From Steroidobacteraceae bacterium (GTDB taxonomy: Bacteria > Pseudomonadota > Gammaproteobacteria > Steroidobacterales > Steroidobacteraceae), in NCBI GenBank assembly GCA_044226865.1, contig JBGAGE010000012.1, forward strand, positions 63,523 through 127,522: 64,000 nucleotides of DNA, given 5' to 3'. Positions 8,927 to 18,064 of the stretch are shown here, one piece after another. Both the position numbers and the translations under genes were made by a program. The notes beneath the pieces were generated by a model that saw only the letters and a program-made list of their open reading frames with translations, ran no database searches and was not told where the DNA came from. The stretch's first letter is position 1. Every line of letters begins with the position of its first letter.

Positions 8927-10756
8927 TCAATGAGTGCGGGCCCGGCCCGCTTGCAGCACCCGCAGGGCATTCTCCCGCACCGTGCCCAGCGGCAATGCGC
9001 CGTGAGAGATCATTTCCCGATTGAATGCCTTGATGTCGAAGCCGGCGCCCAGCTTGTGGGATAGTTCCTGCCGCAGCGAGGAAAACTCGTTGAATCCCGC
9101 GCCGTAGCACAATGCCTGGCCCGGCAGGTCGGCGGAATAGCGCAGGATGTCGGAATCGATTTCCACGTCGGACGCAAAGGTGTTTTCCTTCATCCATTGC
9201 CGCGCCTGATCATAGGTCCAATCTAAGTAGTTGAGGCCTGTGTCGACGATCAAGCGACCAAACGTCATCGCATTCAACATCAGCCGGCCGAGCTTGGCGT
9301 AGTCGTCCGGATAGGCGTTCATGTCGATGGCCAGGTTGGAGGCATACTCTGCCCAACCTTCGTTGAAGGCGCCGAACGCCGCGGTGGTGCGACGAAAATC
9401 CGGCAGCGAGGCGTTCTCCTGCTGCATCGCCACGTGGAAGTGATGGCCGGGGATCAATTCATGGAAGATGAGGGCGCAGGCGCTGATCATGGGGCGGTGC
9501 GGCAGGTCGCTGACGTTGTATCGATACTCGCCGTACGGATTGCTGGCATCTGGAGGTTGGTAGTATCCGAACGTCATGCCGCTCTGCTCGGCCGGCAAGG
9601 GAACGGCGCGATAGCGTGCTTTGGGAGTGAGCGTGAAATAGCGCGGCAATGCGGATTCCATCCCTCGCAGGCATTCCTGATAACGCCGATTGACATCTTC
9701 GGGTGAGGAGGCGACGAAGCGCGGGTCGGTCCGAATACGCTCCCGCAACTGCTGCCGGGAGGGCGCGAGTTGGAGACGCGTCAGCAACTGCTCGATTGCC
9801 CTGTTGTTCTGCTCCACCAACCGTTCGCCCAACGCCCGCAACTGTTCCGGCGACCGGTCCAACGTCGTATGCCGCTTCGCGAGCATGCGGTAATAGTCCT
9901 TGCCGCCGGGGTAACGCCCCATCCCACCTTGCTCTGGCGCCGCCGCCAGATAGCTGGCGTCCAATACTCCGAGCAACGCATCGATCCCCCGTCCTGTCCG
10001 CTCGATGTTCGCCTGCAAGGCGGCACGAAAGGCCTGCCGGGAGGCCTCGTCCAATCCTGTCAGCCGCGAATCGGGGATATCGCCCCAGTGCGACGATGCC
10101 TGGCGAAACCCGTTCGCAGCGGCGACGGCTCGCGGCACCTGCGGCTTGGGCATGTAAACGCCCCGTGCGATTTGACTGCGGGTGCGTTCGACGACAGCCT
10201 CGATCCGCGCCGCCGCGTCTGCGGTGAGACTCAAGACGGCGGAACGGTCCTTCTCCGTCTGCAGCGGGTTGGACGCGAGCGCATCGCTGATGTAGTTGAG
10301 GTCGAAATAGCTGTACGGCGCCGGAAAGCTGAACGGGTAGTCCTGCGTTGCGGTGGCGGCATCTTTCAGCAACCAGCGAAGGCTGTCGTAGGTGAGCAGG
10401 TCCTCACCGTGCAGCGCGGAACGGGGAAGAGCTTCCAGGTCGGACAACAGGCGGGTTGAAAAAGCTGCTTCGCCGGCCAGGTCGGCTGCACTCAACGATG
10501 GGAGATGCGCGGCCACTTTTCGAAGCCCCGTGGCGGCGAATATGTCGCGATCGATCAGGTGGTCGCTGTAGCGCTGTGCGATCCTGGAAAGCGATTCATG
10601 CGCGTCCTTTGTGTCGGTCACGGTTGCCGTTGGAGCGGCGAGAACGGGGCAAGCCAGGGCCGCGGCTGCAGCAACCAGGACGAAAAGCCGGACCGCGCGT
10701 CTCGTCAGCCCGCTGAATGCACTGAAGCGATGCACGATATTCATTGGAATCGGCAT
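8927..10756 (-). CDS. DUF885 family protein (metallopeptidase-like)
   Basis: HELIPGHHFH motif characteristic of DUF885. Signal peptide. GGGAGAGAG purine run upstream of the chosen ATG at 10756. Confidence 0.8.
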   Translation of the reverse strand: MPIPMNIVHRFSAFSGLTRRAVRLFVLVAAAAALACPVLAAPTATVTDTKDAHESLSRIAQRYSDHLIDRDIFAATGLRKVAAHLPSLSAADLAGEAAFSTRLLSDLEALPRSALHGEDLLTYDSLRWLLKDAATATQDYPFSFPAPYSYFDLNYISDALASNPLQTEKDRSAVLSLTADAAARIEAVVERTRSQIARGVYMPKPQVPRAVAAANGFRQASSHWGDIPDSRLTGLDEASRQAFRAALQANIERTGRGIDALLGVLDASYLAAAPEQGGMGRYPGGKDYYRMLAKRHTTLDRSPEQLRALGERLVEQNNRAIEQLLTRLQLAPSRQQLRERIRTDPRFVASSPEDVNRRYQECLRGMESALPRYFTLTPKARYRAVPLPAEQSGMTFGYYQPPDASNPYGEYRYNVSDLPHRPMISACALIFHELIPGHHFHVAMQQENASLPDFRRTTAAFGAFNEGWAEYASNLAIDMNAYPDDYAKLGRLMLNAMTFGRLIVDTGLNYLDWTYDQARQWMKENTFASDVEIDSDILRYSADLPGQALCYGAGFNEFSSLRQELSHKLGAGFDIKAFNREMISHGALPLGTVRENALRVLQAGRARTH

Positions 10757-10858
10757 TGGAACTCTCTCCCGCGTCACCTCGTACAATCTTATCCGAGCTG
10801 ATGGCGTCAATGCGCGCCAATCAACCGGTCCGCACGCCAGGCGCATGCCCTCGGCAGT

Positions 10859-13222
10859 TCACGAGTACAGGTCCAACTGCTGCTGTTCACCGGTGAGTTT
10901 GTCGAAATCAAGCCCCAGCGCGTTCAGAACCGGCTCTGCGACGGGCTTCACCTGCTTCTGAACGTAGTGCTCGCGGTCCAAGGCGTGTGTGACGTTGTCG
11001 AGGGGTTCTGCGCCGGCGATGGTCATCACATAGCTGATCAATGAACCTTCGCTCTGCGAGGATTTTCGCGCGGCGGCCACGTGCGGTGGCGTGGTCGCCG
11101 TGTACTCGGTGACCTCCTTGCGAAGGTTCTTGCGATAGACGAGCAGCGAGTCGCACTCGCCGGCTCTCACCTGGCGAACGATGCCGGAGATGTAGTCATC
11201 GACGTTGCGGTCGCTGAACAACCGCTCATACAATTCCCGTTGCACTTGCCGCGCCAAGGCTGTCCAGTCGCGGCGAACGACTTCCATCCCGACGAATTCC
11301 ACTCGCTCGCCGACGGCACTGCGCACCAGCCCGACATAGCGTTTGCTGGCGCCGCGGGTGCTATGGCGTGCGCTCGGCAGGAACAGGCGCAGGTACAGCT
11401 TTTCGAATTTCAATTCCAGGCGGCTGGTTCTTTGCCAGCGCTCGAGGATGTGGCGCGCCAGATCCTCGGTGAGCCGAGATGCCAATTCGGCGCCTCGAGC
11501 CTGGGCGGCATCGGCGGAGGAATCCTGCGATTGCACGAACAAGCTATCCGTATCGCCGTACAGCACGCTGAAGCCGGCCGCCTCGAACCAGGTCTTCGAC
11601 CAGAGCAACAGCTCCCGTCCGGTGCCCGTGATGGCGTTGGCCAATGCCGGGTTGAAGAACCGGCAAGCGGGGGTACCCAAGACGCCATAGAACGAATTCA
11701 TCAGGATCTTGATGGCCTGCGAGGCGATGGTGTCGCCCGAGAGACGGGCCGCCTCGCGTTGCGGGAACAAGGTATCGAGCAATTGCGGCAGGATGCCGGG
11801 ATCGCGCCGGAACGCGGCCGCGGGCGTGTGGATCAGGTCGGCATGCGCGTCCGGTGCATCCACGTAGGTGAGCGGATCGATGTTGAAGGTGCGGATGATG
11901 CTGGGATACAGGCTTTTGAAATCAAAGACCCAGACGTGGCGATACAGCCCGGGGCGCGATTCCAATACGTGGCCGCCTTGCTGGGTGACCGGCGCCCTTT
12001 CTTCATCGCCCACACTGGGGGCGACCACTTTGCGGCGCCAAAGCTCTTGCAGGTACAAGAAATCGAAGGAGGCAATGCTGGCGGCGACACGGTCTGGCGT
12101 CATGCCGGTGAGCTGGCTGCGAGCCATGGCCAGCGGGATCAGGCGGAGCCGGTCGAGAATCTGCCAGGCCAGGCGGGCATCGGTGCGGGCATAGAGCGCA
12201 AAGGCCGGCAGGTCGTGCGCGTAGTTGTGCAGGATCTCGCCGATGCGGTCGCGCACCGGCCCCACCACCGCTTTGCCCTCGCCCAACACGGCATGGGCGA
12301 CAGCGTCCAACGAATATTCCTCCATGCGGACGAAGGCGCCGCGCAGCAGGTCGATGCCGTCGAGGACCACGCGTCCCGGAATGCTCGCCTGACCGCTGCC
12401 GAAGTAACCGCGTGCCGGGCGGATCTGCAAAGCGCCATCATCACGCCCAAGTGGCAGCGGGTGGCGGACACGTGCGGCAATGCGCTGCAGAACGGTCAGG
12501 TCGAAATCGATGACGTTCCATCCGGTGAGTACGTCCGGGTCGAAGCCCTCGACTCGCTCGCACAACGCGCTGAGTGCGGCGTACTCGCTCTCGCAGCGGG
12601 TGGCACGATCGGGCATGGCCCGGCCATCCGGGCCCACGATCAGCACCTCGTCGATACCGGGTGCGTTGAGCGAGATGGCCAGCAGTCGTTGGGCGTTGGC
12701 GTCGGTCTCGATGTCGAATGACAGGACGCGCAGCGTGGGTGTCACCGCTGCCGGAGTGAGCTGCGGGTTGAGGAAGAGCTTGTCGATTCCGATGCCGGGC
12801 GCAGAGATGCCGTCTATTTCCACGCCGCCCTTGATGCCGCGCTCGATCAGGTAGCGGGTGGCGAAGCGGACATCCGCCTCGAAGGTGTCGATGCCCGCGG
12901 CGTGGAGGCGATCGCGGATCGCCGGTACCTCCGGTGGCGTTGCAACTTCGATGGCGCAGACGGGATTGCCGGCGAAATCGCGCAGGTCCGTGGGAAGCGG
13001 GTCGGGGATCTTGTGCGCGCGTGCCTTGCCGGCGTCTGCACAGCGAATGAAGAAGCGCGGCCGCTGTCGGTCGTCCCGGATAAGGAATGTCTCTCCGCTC
13101 TCCAGCCTGCCATACAGGTGGACGACCGGACGGCGCAGGCCCTCCCGGTCCGACTGGATCCGGTAACTGGCCTGGAGGATGAAGCCGCGTTCGCCCGTCA
13201 TCCGCCCAGTGTGCCTGATCAA
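10859..13222 (-). CDS. polB: DNA polymerase II (family B)
   Basis: 787 aa. Exo I motif SFDIETD, motif A DFKSLYPSII, motif B KILMNSFYGVLG and motif C YGDTDSLFV. Confidence 0.95.
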   Translation of the reverse strand: MIRHTGRMTGERGFILQASYRIQSDREGLRRPVVHLYGRLESGETFLIRDDRQRPRFFIRCADAGKARAHKIPDPLPTDLRDFAGNPVCAIEVATPPEVPAIRDRLHAAGIDTFEADVRFATRYLIERGIKGGVEIDGISAPGIGIDKLFLNPQLTPAAVTPTLRVLSFDIETDANAQRLLAISLNAPGIDEVLIVGPDGRAMPDRATRCESEYAALSALCERVEGFDPDVLTGWNVIDFDLTVLQRIAARVRHPLPLGRDDGALQIRPARGYFGSGQASIPGRVVLDGIDLLRGAFVRMEEYSLDAVAHAVLGEGKAVVGPVRDRIGEILHNYAHDLPAFALYARTDARLAWQILDRLRLIPLAMARSQLTGMTPDRVAASIASFDFLYLQELWRRKVVAPSVGDEERAPVTQQGGHVLESRPGLYRHVWVFDFKSLYPSIIRTFNIDPLTYVDAPDAHADLIHTPAAAFRRDPGILPQLLDTLFPQREAARLSGDTIASQAIKILMNSFYGVLGTPACRFFNPALANAITGTGRELLLWSKTWFEAAGFSVLYGDTDSLFVQSQDSSADAAQARGAELASRLTEDLARHILERWQRTSRLELKFEKLYLRLFLPSARHSTRGASKRYVGLVRSAVGERVEFVGMEVVRRDWTALARQVQRELYERLFSDRNVDDYISGIVRQVRAGECDSLLVYRKNLRKEVTEYTATTPPHVAAARKSSQSEGSLISYVMTIAGAEPLDNVTHALDREHYVQKQVKPVAEPVLNALGLDFDKLTGEQQQLDLYS

Positions 13223-13285
13223 CTGAACGGTGCTTTCTGGCAGCGGGCTACGTCTATGGATGCGGTCGGCGAGGATCGGGGATTG

Positions 13286-13300
13286 TGGTGGCCAGGGAGG
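13286..13300. repeat. distal att-type direct repeat of the tRNA-Phe 3' end
   Basis: tggtggccagggagg is identical to 32807-32821, which is the last 15 nt of the tRNA-Phe including CCA, on the minus strand. GC content drops immediately to its right. Confidence 0.7.
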
Positions 13301-13559
13301 CCCTCACACTAAATCGATTGAGAGCCATTTTGCCGAGGAAAATGTCCATTTTTTGATCGAAAAACGACCCCCAGAGTTACCCCAGTCACACAAAACATGG
13401 TGCTGTGTCCGGGGTGCGGTTCCCGTTACGCAGTCGACGCCTTGGTCGAACCTCTCCGAACCCAAGACTGGACGCTTGTATAACACCAAAGATTTGGATG
13501 ACGACGAGCGCAGGACACGCCGCCTCTGGATCTTTTCCTCTCAAGATCAACCCATTCGA

Positions 13560-14459
13560 CTAATCGACTTGGCTCGTCGCACGCGACAATTGATTCGAAA
13601 GCCGTTGGGCGGCTCCGGGCTGAAATTGCCTTATATATGAAATTCGACCTGTCAAGCTATTAATCAATTTGCCGCGCTTAACGGGATCTTCAATAGCCGC
13701 AAGTGTATGAATAGCTGCGCGAACATTGTCGCGGTACTGGCGCGGAACCGTAGGGCAGCCGCTGTTGACGTTGAGGCCGGTTATTCGTTGCGGCTTCGAT
13801 TTGGGTCGAATCTTTAGCTTCTCGCCGCGGTGAATTGACAACCCCCGCGACGACAGTCGCCGCGCGACATCCCCAATGAGCGCCACGGGATTGTCGCCTG
13901 AAAGTGCAATATCATCGACGAAACGCGTGAACCTCGTTTTCGTGTTCTCCGCTTGCAGTCGCGTTGGCAAATCGACCGCGCGTGCCAAAACCAGGTTTGC
14001 AATGACACCACTGGTCGGAGCGCCTTGTGGCAGCAGTCCATTGCGCGTTGTCAATTTTGTTAGCAGGCTCGCAACCGGCGTGCTATAGCCAAATTCTCGC
14101 AACGTGCAGAACACCGCTCGATGATCGACGCTATCATAGAAACTCTTGACATCGACCGTTACCAGCACACGTGCTCCGAGGTGCTTCTCGGCGTTGGTTC
14201 TGGGTGACCGACCAGAAACACCACCCTGGACTTCGGGGCCGAATGCATCCTCTCCAAGAATGCGCTTCTTTATTAAACGCTGAATAATTTTGAGTTCTTT
14301 GTTCGGATTTCGAAATATTCGAACTTGAGTTTTACTTGCATCCTTCCATTTTGTGAACTCGTGGTAGTTGGCGGCGGGCGCATCGGCAATCTTGCGGAGG
14401 CGGTCTAGCGGCACTCCAATAGTCCAAGCAAGATCCCGTAAAGAGGTGATAACTTTCAT
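13560..14459 (-). CDS. retron-type reverse transcriptase
   Basis: 299 aa. Collinear retron RT motifs: RIFRNPNKELKIIQ, NAEKHLGARVLVTVDVKSFYDS, LLPQGAPTSGVIANL, FTRFVDDIALSG (the YxDD box as FVDD), QRITGLNVN (equivalent to the retron VTG motif) and YRDNVRAAIH. By eye it aligns along its full length to the Ec86 RT as I remember it. Confidence 0.9.
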   Translation of the reverse strand: MKVITSLRDLAWTIGVPLDRLRKIADAPAANYHEFTKWKDASKTQVRIFRNPNKELKIIQRLIKKRILGEDAFGPEVQGGVSGRSPRTNAEKHLGARVLVTVDVKSFYDSVDHRAVFCTLREFGYSTPVASLLTKLTTRNGLLPQGAPTSGVIANLVLARAVDLPTRLQAENTKTRFTRFVDDIALSGDNPVALIGDVARRLSSRGLSIHRGEKLKIRPKSKPQRITGLNVNSGCPTVPRQYRDNVRAAIHTLAAIEDPVKRGKLINSLTGRISYIRQFQPGAAQRLSNQLSRATSQVD

Positions 14460-14782
14460 CCCGCTTTTCTCACACCTGAAGCAGACGTACCGGACAGATC
14501 AGGTACCAGCAATTTCAATAGCACCTGCGCTGCTTCAGCGATCTCGCGATTAGACTTGCCACCTATCTCATCGCGATTTGCTGCCAGCAGATCCACAAGC
14601 TCCACAGGTATTTTGGTTGCTTTGGCCAGGGATTCGACGACAGTTCGCGTAGCATTACGCTTGCCCGACTCGATCAACGAAAGCTGGCTCACCGAAATAG
14701 ACATACGCGCGGTCAATTCGGACTGCTTAAGTCCGAATGCCGCGCGAATGATCCTAAACGCCCTTGCGTAATCCGATTTCAT
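14456..14782 (-). CDS. XRE/Cro-C1 family helix-turn-helix protein (retron accessory candidate)
   Basis: 108 aa. GLKQSELTARMSISVSQLSLIESGKRNAT is a canonical HTH_3 motif. Its stop overlaps the RT start codon (ATGA, 14456-14459). Confidence 0.85.
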   Translation of the reverse strand: MKSDYARAFRIIRAAFGLKQSELTARMSISVSQLSLIESGKRNATRTVVESLAKATKIPVELVDLLAANRDEIGGKSNREIAEAAQVLLKLLVPDLSGTSASGVRKAG

Positions 14783-14817
14783 TGGAATTCAAGCCGCTCT
14801 AACACTAGTTTGCGTAA

Positions 14818-15018
14818 TCACATACGGTTCTGAAGAACCCGGCAAATCACCTGGACCAATCGAAACAGCTTTCGCCGCTGGATTTTTCCAGACCGCGCCA
14901 TCGCTCTCAGTTCCTGCTTTGCTGTACGCAATCGATCACTGTCGTCAGGCTCAAGTCTCGGGTCGTTGAGCACATTGGTTATCAGCCGCAGCGCCCGTTT
15001 CGCATCTTCATTTCTCAC
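14818..15018 (-). CDS. small hypothetical protein (66 aa, predicted helical, Arg/Lys-rich)
   Basis: GTG start preceded by GGAGAGAG with 5-nt spacing. Sits 35 nt upstream of the HTH gene on the same strand. No family recognised. Confidence 0.4.
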   Translation of the reverse strand: MRNEDAKRALRLITNVLNDPRLEPDDSDRLRTAKQELRAMARSGKIQRRKLFRLVQVICRVLQNRM

Positions 15019-15062
15019 AGTCTCTCTCCGGTAAGGGGACGTATTGCCCCGTGCGCGTAGAG

Positions 15063-15294
15063 CACGTCCTCGGAGAAAGGCCCGAGCTGGCCAAGCGGCC
15101 CGAATCTAGTGCGCATCCAGGAATGCGCCCTAAGCCATCACTGTCGCTGCGCCACTCGTCGTGTCCGCGCCGCGCTGCGTCTGCAATGGTCTACGTGCCA
15201 TTAGGCACGCGGCGCGCACGGAAACCGTGCGCACCATCAGCGGTGTTAATCCACCGATTCAGCGCGAGCAGAACCCGCGCCGCTTGAGGACGTG
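15063..15294 (-). ncRNA. candidate retron msr-msd non-coding RNA
   Basis: 9-bp inverted repeats cacgtcctc (15063-15071) and gaggacgtg (15286-15294) flank five or more stem-loops. On the minus strand, AAGC follows the 5' repeat. The stem-loops include GCGCGGG/CUCGCGC, CGGUG/CACCG, GCGCACGG-UUU-CCGUGCGC (15214-15232), CGUGCC-UAAU-GGCACG (15194-15209), a 55-nt imperfect hairpin (15135-15189) and GCGCAU/AUGCGC (15111-15128). Confidence 0.3.
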
Positions 15295-15351
15295 TTAACG
15301 ACTGCGAGATATTAAAGAGCGAGTCCGCCGGAATCCGACGGCCTAGCGCGC

Positions 15352-15380
15352 ACAATATTGAAACGTGACGGCCTTGTCAA
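15352..15380 (-). promoter_or_regulatory. sigma70-like promoter reading into the retron locus
   Basis: The minus strand reads TTGACA (15380-15375), a 17-nt spacer, then TATTGT (15357-15352). This lies about 55 nt upstream of the proposed a1 repeat. Confidence 0.4.
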
Positions 15381-15572
15381 ATGGTTTGACATGCCCGAAA
15401 CCCAACGTGACGCGGAGGTCTCCGGTTCCGGAGCTTGACTCAAGGGCACAGGCAGCCAGAGCATCAGGGATAACCGCTGAGCTCGGCCAAAACCAGACGG
15501 CGCGAATACCGGATTGCTAGGCGGCAAGCAGACATCCGTTGTGCGCTAGACTTCACTCTACAGGAGCGCAAT

Positions 15573-16280
15573 GTGAAGGCAATTCAGGTTGTATCTTGGA
15601 TGCTTGCAGTCACGATTTCTCTAAGTCAGGCGCAGGCTTCGCCATCATCGCATTCAGCCTTGCCGCCAGATACGGTGAGCGATCTGCGATCCGTTCTGAA
15701 GACTCTGTGGCCCGCGCTCCATTATGGCGAGACAGTGGGACGCATCTATTTTCAAACCGCCTGCCAGCCCAGCGACGACCTCCGCCGGTCGTTTCCTAAG
15801 CTGGATGTCCATCGGCCGAGCAAAGGAAAGGCGGGTGTCGAAGCAATTCGAGAAATGTTTAGAACGGAGCGCAATGCCGCTGTTACGGAGCCGCAACCCG
15901 GCGTAGTTAGCATAAAGATTGGAGCGGTTCCTGACGCCATTCTGAAAACTCGGATTCCCCACCTCAGCCTTAATCCCGAGGAACAGTACAATATTTGGCT
16001 CGCAATCGAGGCCATTCAAGACTCACCCGAAGTGCGATCCATGATGCGTCGACTTGCAATAGGCATTCCGGCAACCCCAATGAACATCCAAATTAGGGAG
16101 CCAATTGCAGGACAACCGCATCTTCCTGAGTCGATCGACAACGCTACGTTTGATCAGGCTCTCAACATTGTCGCGAGAGCTTTTAGGGGCGTTGTCATCT
16201 ATCGCTTTTGCACCGCGCCGGCTCAATTCGAAATTGACTTCGCCGACGCTCGCGGTATTTACGCAGATACACTGCAGTGA
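15573..16280 (+). CDS. secreted hypothetical protein
   Basis: 235 aa. GTG start 6 nt after CAGGAG. Signal peptide MKAIQVVSWMLAVTISLSQAQA. Low GC. No family recognised. Confidence 0.55.
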   Translation: MKAIQVVSWMLAVTISLSQAQASPSSHSALPPDTVSDLRSVLKTLWPALHYGETVGRIYFQTACQPSDDLRRSFPKLDVHRPSKGKAGVEAIREMFRTERNAAVTEPQPGVVSIKIGAVPDAILKTRIPHLSLNPEEQYNIWLAIEAIQDSPEVRSMMRRLAIGIPATPMNIQIREPIAGQPHLPESIDNATFDQALNIVARAFRGVVIYRFCTAPAQFEIDFADARGIYADTLQ

Positions 16281-16384
16281 GTTGGCAGTTCTGATGCTTG
16301 ATAGCGGACGCCATTATTTGGCGGCTGCGGGTCAGCTTTTTCCTTTCGCGGTCGCTGGCAGAACTCGACGTGTTAAATTTGCCC

Positions 16385-16441
16385 GAATGACGGCTCCCGG
16401 GGCGAGAATCGGGCTCTGACCGGCCACTTTGAGACATTCGG
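16385..16441 (+). repeat. 57-nt intergenic repeat, copy A
   Basis: Ungapped alignment to 19188-19243 gives about 74% identity, with collinear identical blocks gaatgac, agaatcgg and ccggccacttt. Confidence 0.5.
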
Positions 16442-16570
16442 CAAGGGGAAAGGGCCGCCCGAAAGCAGACATGCCAGTCTTGCGCTACGATTCTGGGAAG
16501 CGAAGCGAGAGGATAATTCGATGGCAGCAGCTATGCCCTACTTCCGTCGGCTAATAAATTGCTAGAGCGC

Positions 16571-17083
16571 ATGACTAAGCGAGTTATTGCCGTCGTGAGT
16601 ATTGCGTGCGCTGTGATCGTGCCAATCAGCCTATTCGTTCTATTTGCGCTGCTTGGTCAGCGCCTGAATGCGACGCTTCGATTTCATGAATTGCTATTGG
16701 TAACCGGCATCGAATTTCTTATCTTCAATATTCCCGCTCTCATCTTAGGTTTGCCCGCCGTTCTTTTACTCAGAAAGTTCGCGTGCCTTCGCTGGTGGTC
16801 GCTATGTGCGGTAGTCTTTGCCTCAGGAGCCATATGCGCGGGGTCCAGCATATATTTCTCTCTTTTTGACTCCAGCAATGCCGCGGCACATTTCTGGGAC
16901 AGCGCAACGGTGGTATCGCAATATGGCGTCCCGACTCGTGATGGCTGGCTATTTCTGATCCGCCGAAGCAGTTTCATAGGGGCTGTCGGCGCGCTTACTG
17001 CCATGTGTGGCTGGACTGCGTGGACGGTTCTACTGCGCTTTAGCAGTCGGTTGGAGCAACGTGTCTCGAATCCGGGAAGATGA
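16571..17083 (+). CDS. hypothetical integral membrane protein (about 4 TM segments)
   Basis: Hydrophobic segments VIAVVSIACAVIVPISLFVLFALL, LLVTGIEFLIFNIPALILGLPAVLLL, WWSLCAVVFASGAICAG and FIGAVGALTAMCGWTAW. ATG at 16571 chosen over TTG at 16559. Confidence 0.5.
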   Translation: MTKRVIAVVSIACAVIVPISLFVLFALLGQRLNATLRFHELLLVTGIEFLIFNIPALILGLPAVLLLRKFACLRWWSLCAVVFASGAICAGSSIYFSLFDSSNAAAHFWDSATVVSQYGVPTRDGWLFLIRRSSFIGAVGALTAMCGWTAWTVLLRFSSRLEQRVSNPGR

Positions 17084-17248
17084 TTGCCGTAAAGCCGTCG
17101 CTGACGAACGGCAGCAACGGGTCAACACCGAATATCACCCGCGAAATCGCCTAGCTACGGCGAATACCGCCCCGACTCCCAAAGCTTCTGCTGTGGCGTA
17201 TAGAAATCCACGCTGCAATGCCGTTCGGCGGTTCGCTGCAACTGCTTG

Positions 17249-17713
17249 TTAGACGGCGCCCGCGACACGCTGTAAATGCTCCCTCACAGACGGCAACAGA
17301 AACAGCAGCGCTGGTTTGCGGTTACCACTACGCAAGATACCCTCGTACGTTAATAGGTCGTTTGTCAAAGGGCTGACGAAAACTCGAAAGAGCTCATCTA
17401 GCTTCGCCGCGCGAGTCGCGTCGTTGAGTGGGCTGTCGAGATCGAGGACCGCAGAAAACTCCGGCGGCTCCCGCCGAAAGACGTGCCCCAAATCCGTAGC
17501 GGGCAGGTCATCCACTGAATACGTGCGATTGTTCATACCTTGTATCCAGGCCTTGACGTTCAGGTAGTACTGCCTACCCCCGTAACCTGATCGCTGTAGC
17601 TCGAGGCCGACGATCGTCTCCGCGCCAACCCGAAACCACATCGCCTTCAGTCGAGCAAAGCCACAGCCCTGTGCGAGAGCATCAACCGTTTTGCGAAACG
17701 CTACTGTGTCCAT
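17249..17713 (-). CDS. DUF4304-like protein
   Basis: MDTVAFRKTVDALAQGCGFARLKAMWFRVGAETIVGLELQRSGYGGRQYYLNVKAWIQG matches the DUF4304 pattern as I remember it. Start set to an internal ATG of the 206-aa ORF. Confidence 0.5.
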   Translation of the reverse strand: MDTVAFRKTVDALAQGCGFARLKAMWFRVGAETIVGLELQRSGYGGRQYYLNVKAWIQGMNNRTYSVDDLPATDLGHVFRREPPEFSAVLDLDSPLNDATRAAKLDELFRVFVSPLTNDLLTYEGILRSGNRKPALLFLLPSVREHLQRVAGAV

Positions 17714-18064
17714 CGGCTTGCGGTAAGTGCCAATTGGTCCCGACTTACGCCCTATTGGACGCCCAGGGTGACGTGAAGAAATACGCAGAAAATGTCGAAT
17801 AATGTTACTATGAACGGGTCCTCCGTAAGCAAGCAGGCGCAGTACAGCACCAGCCACGCTTTTGGTCAAATCGTCTGCCCGAAAGCTGTCGTTCCCGTAG
17901 GTCTGCTGTGGGTCAAATTCGGCCGGCAGCGGTTCCAGACCACCCCAGCGGGAGCTAATACGTCAGAGACGCTCCGGCACATTGTTAGAATACCGTCCTT
18001 AAAGCGGTCGCCGGGAAAATGGACGCCGCGGTGAATTACGAAGGAGTTGGCCAGGAGGCAAGCC

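Noticed and set aside
13301-13559. AT-rich hairpins downstream of the RT (e.g. cattttgccgaggaaaatg at 13326-13344, gatcttttcctctcaagatc near 13531-13550) as an alternative msr-msd location
   Set aside because: The stems are short and A/T-rich. I found no flanking inverted repeats or AGC context, and the upstream region is a better structural fit. This is not excluded experimentally.
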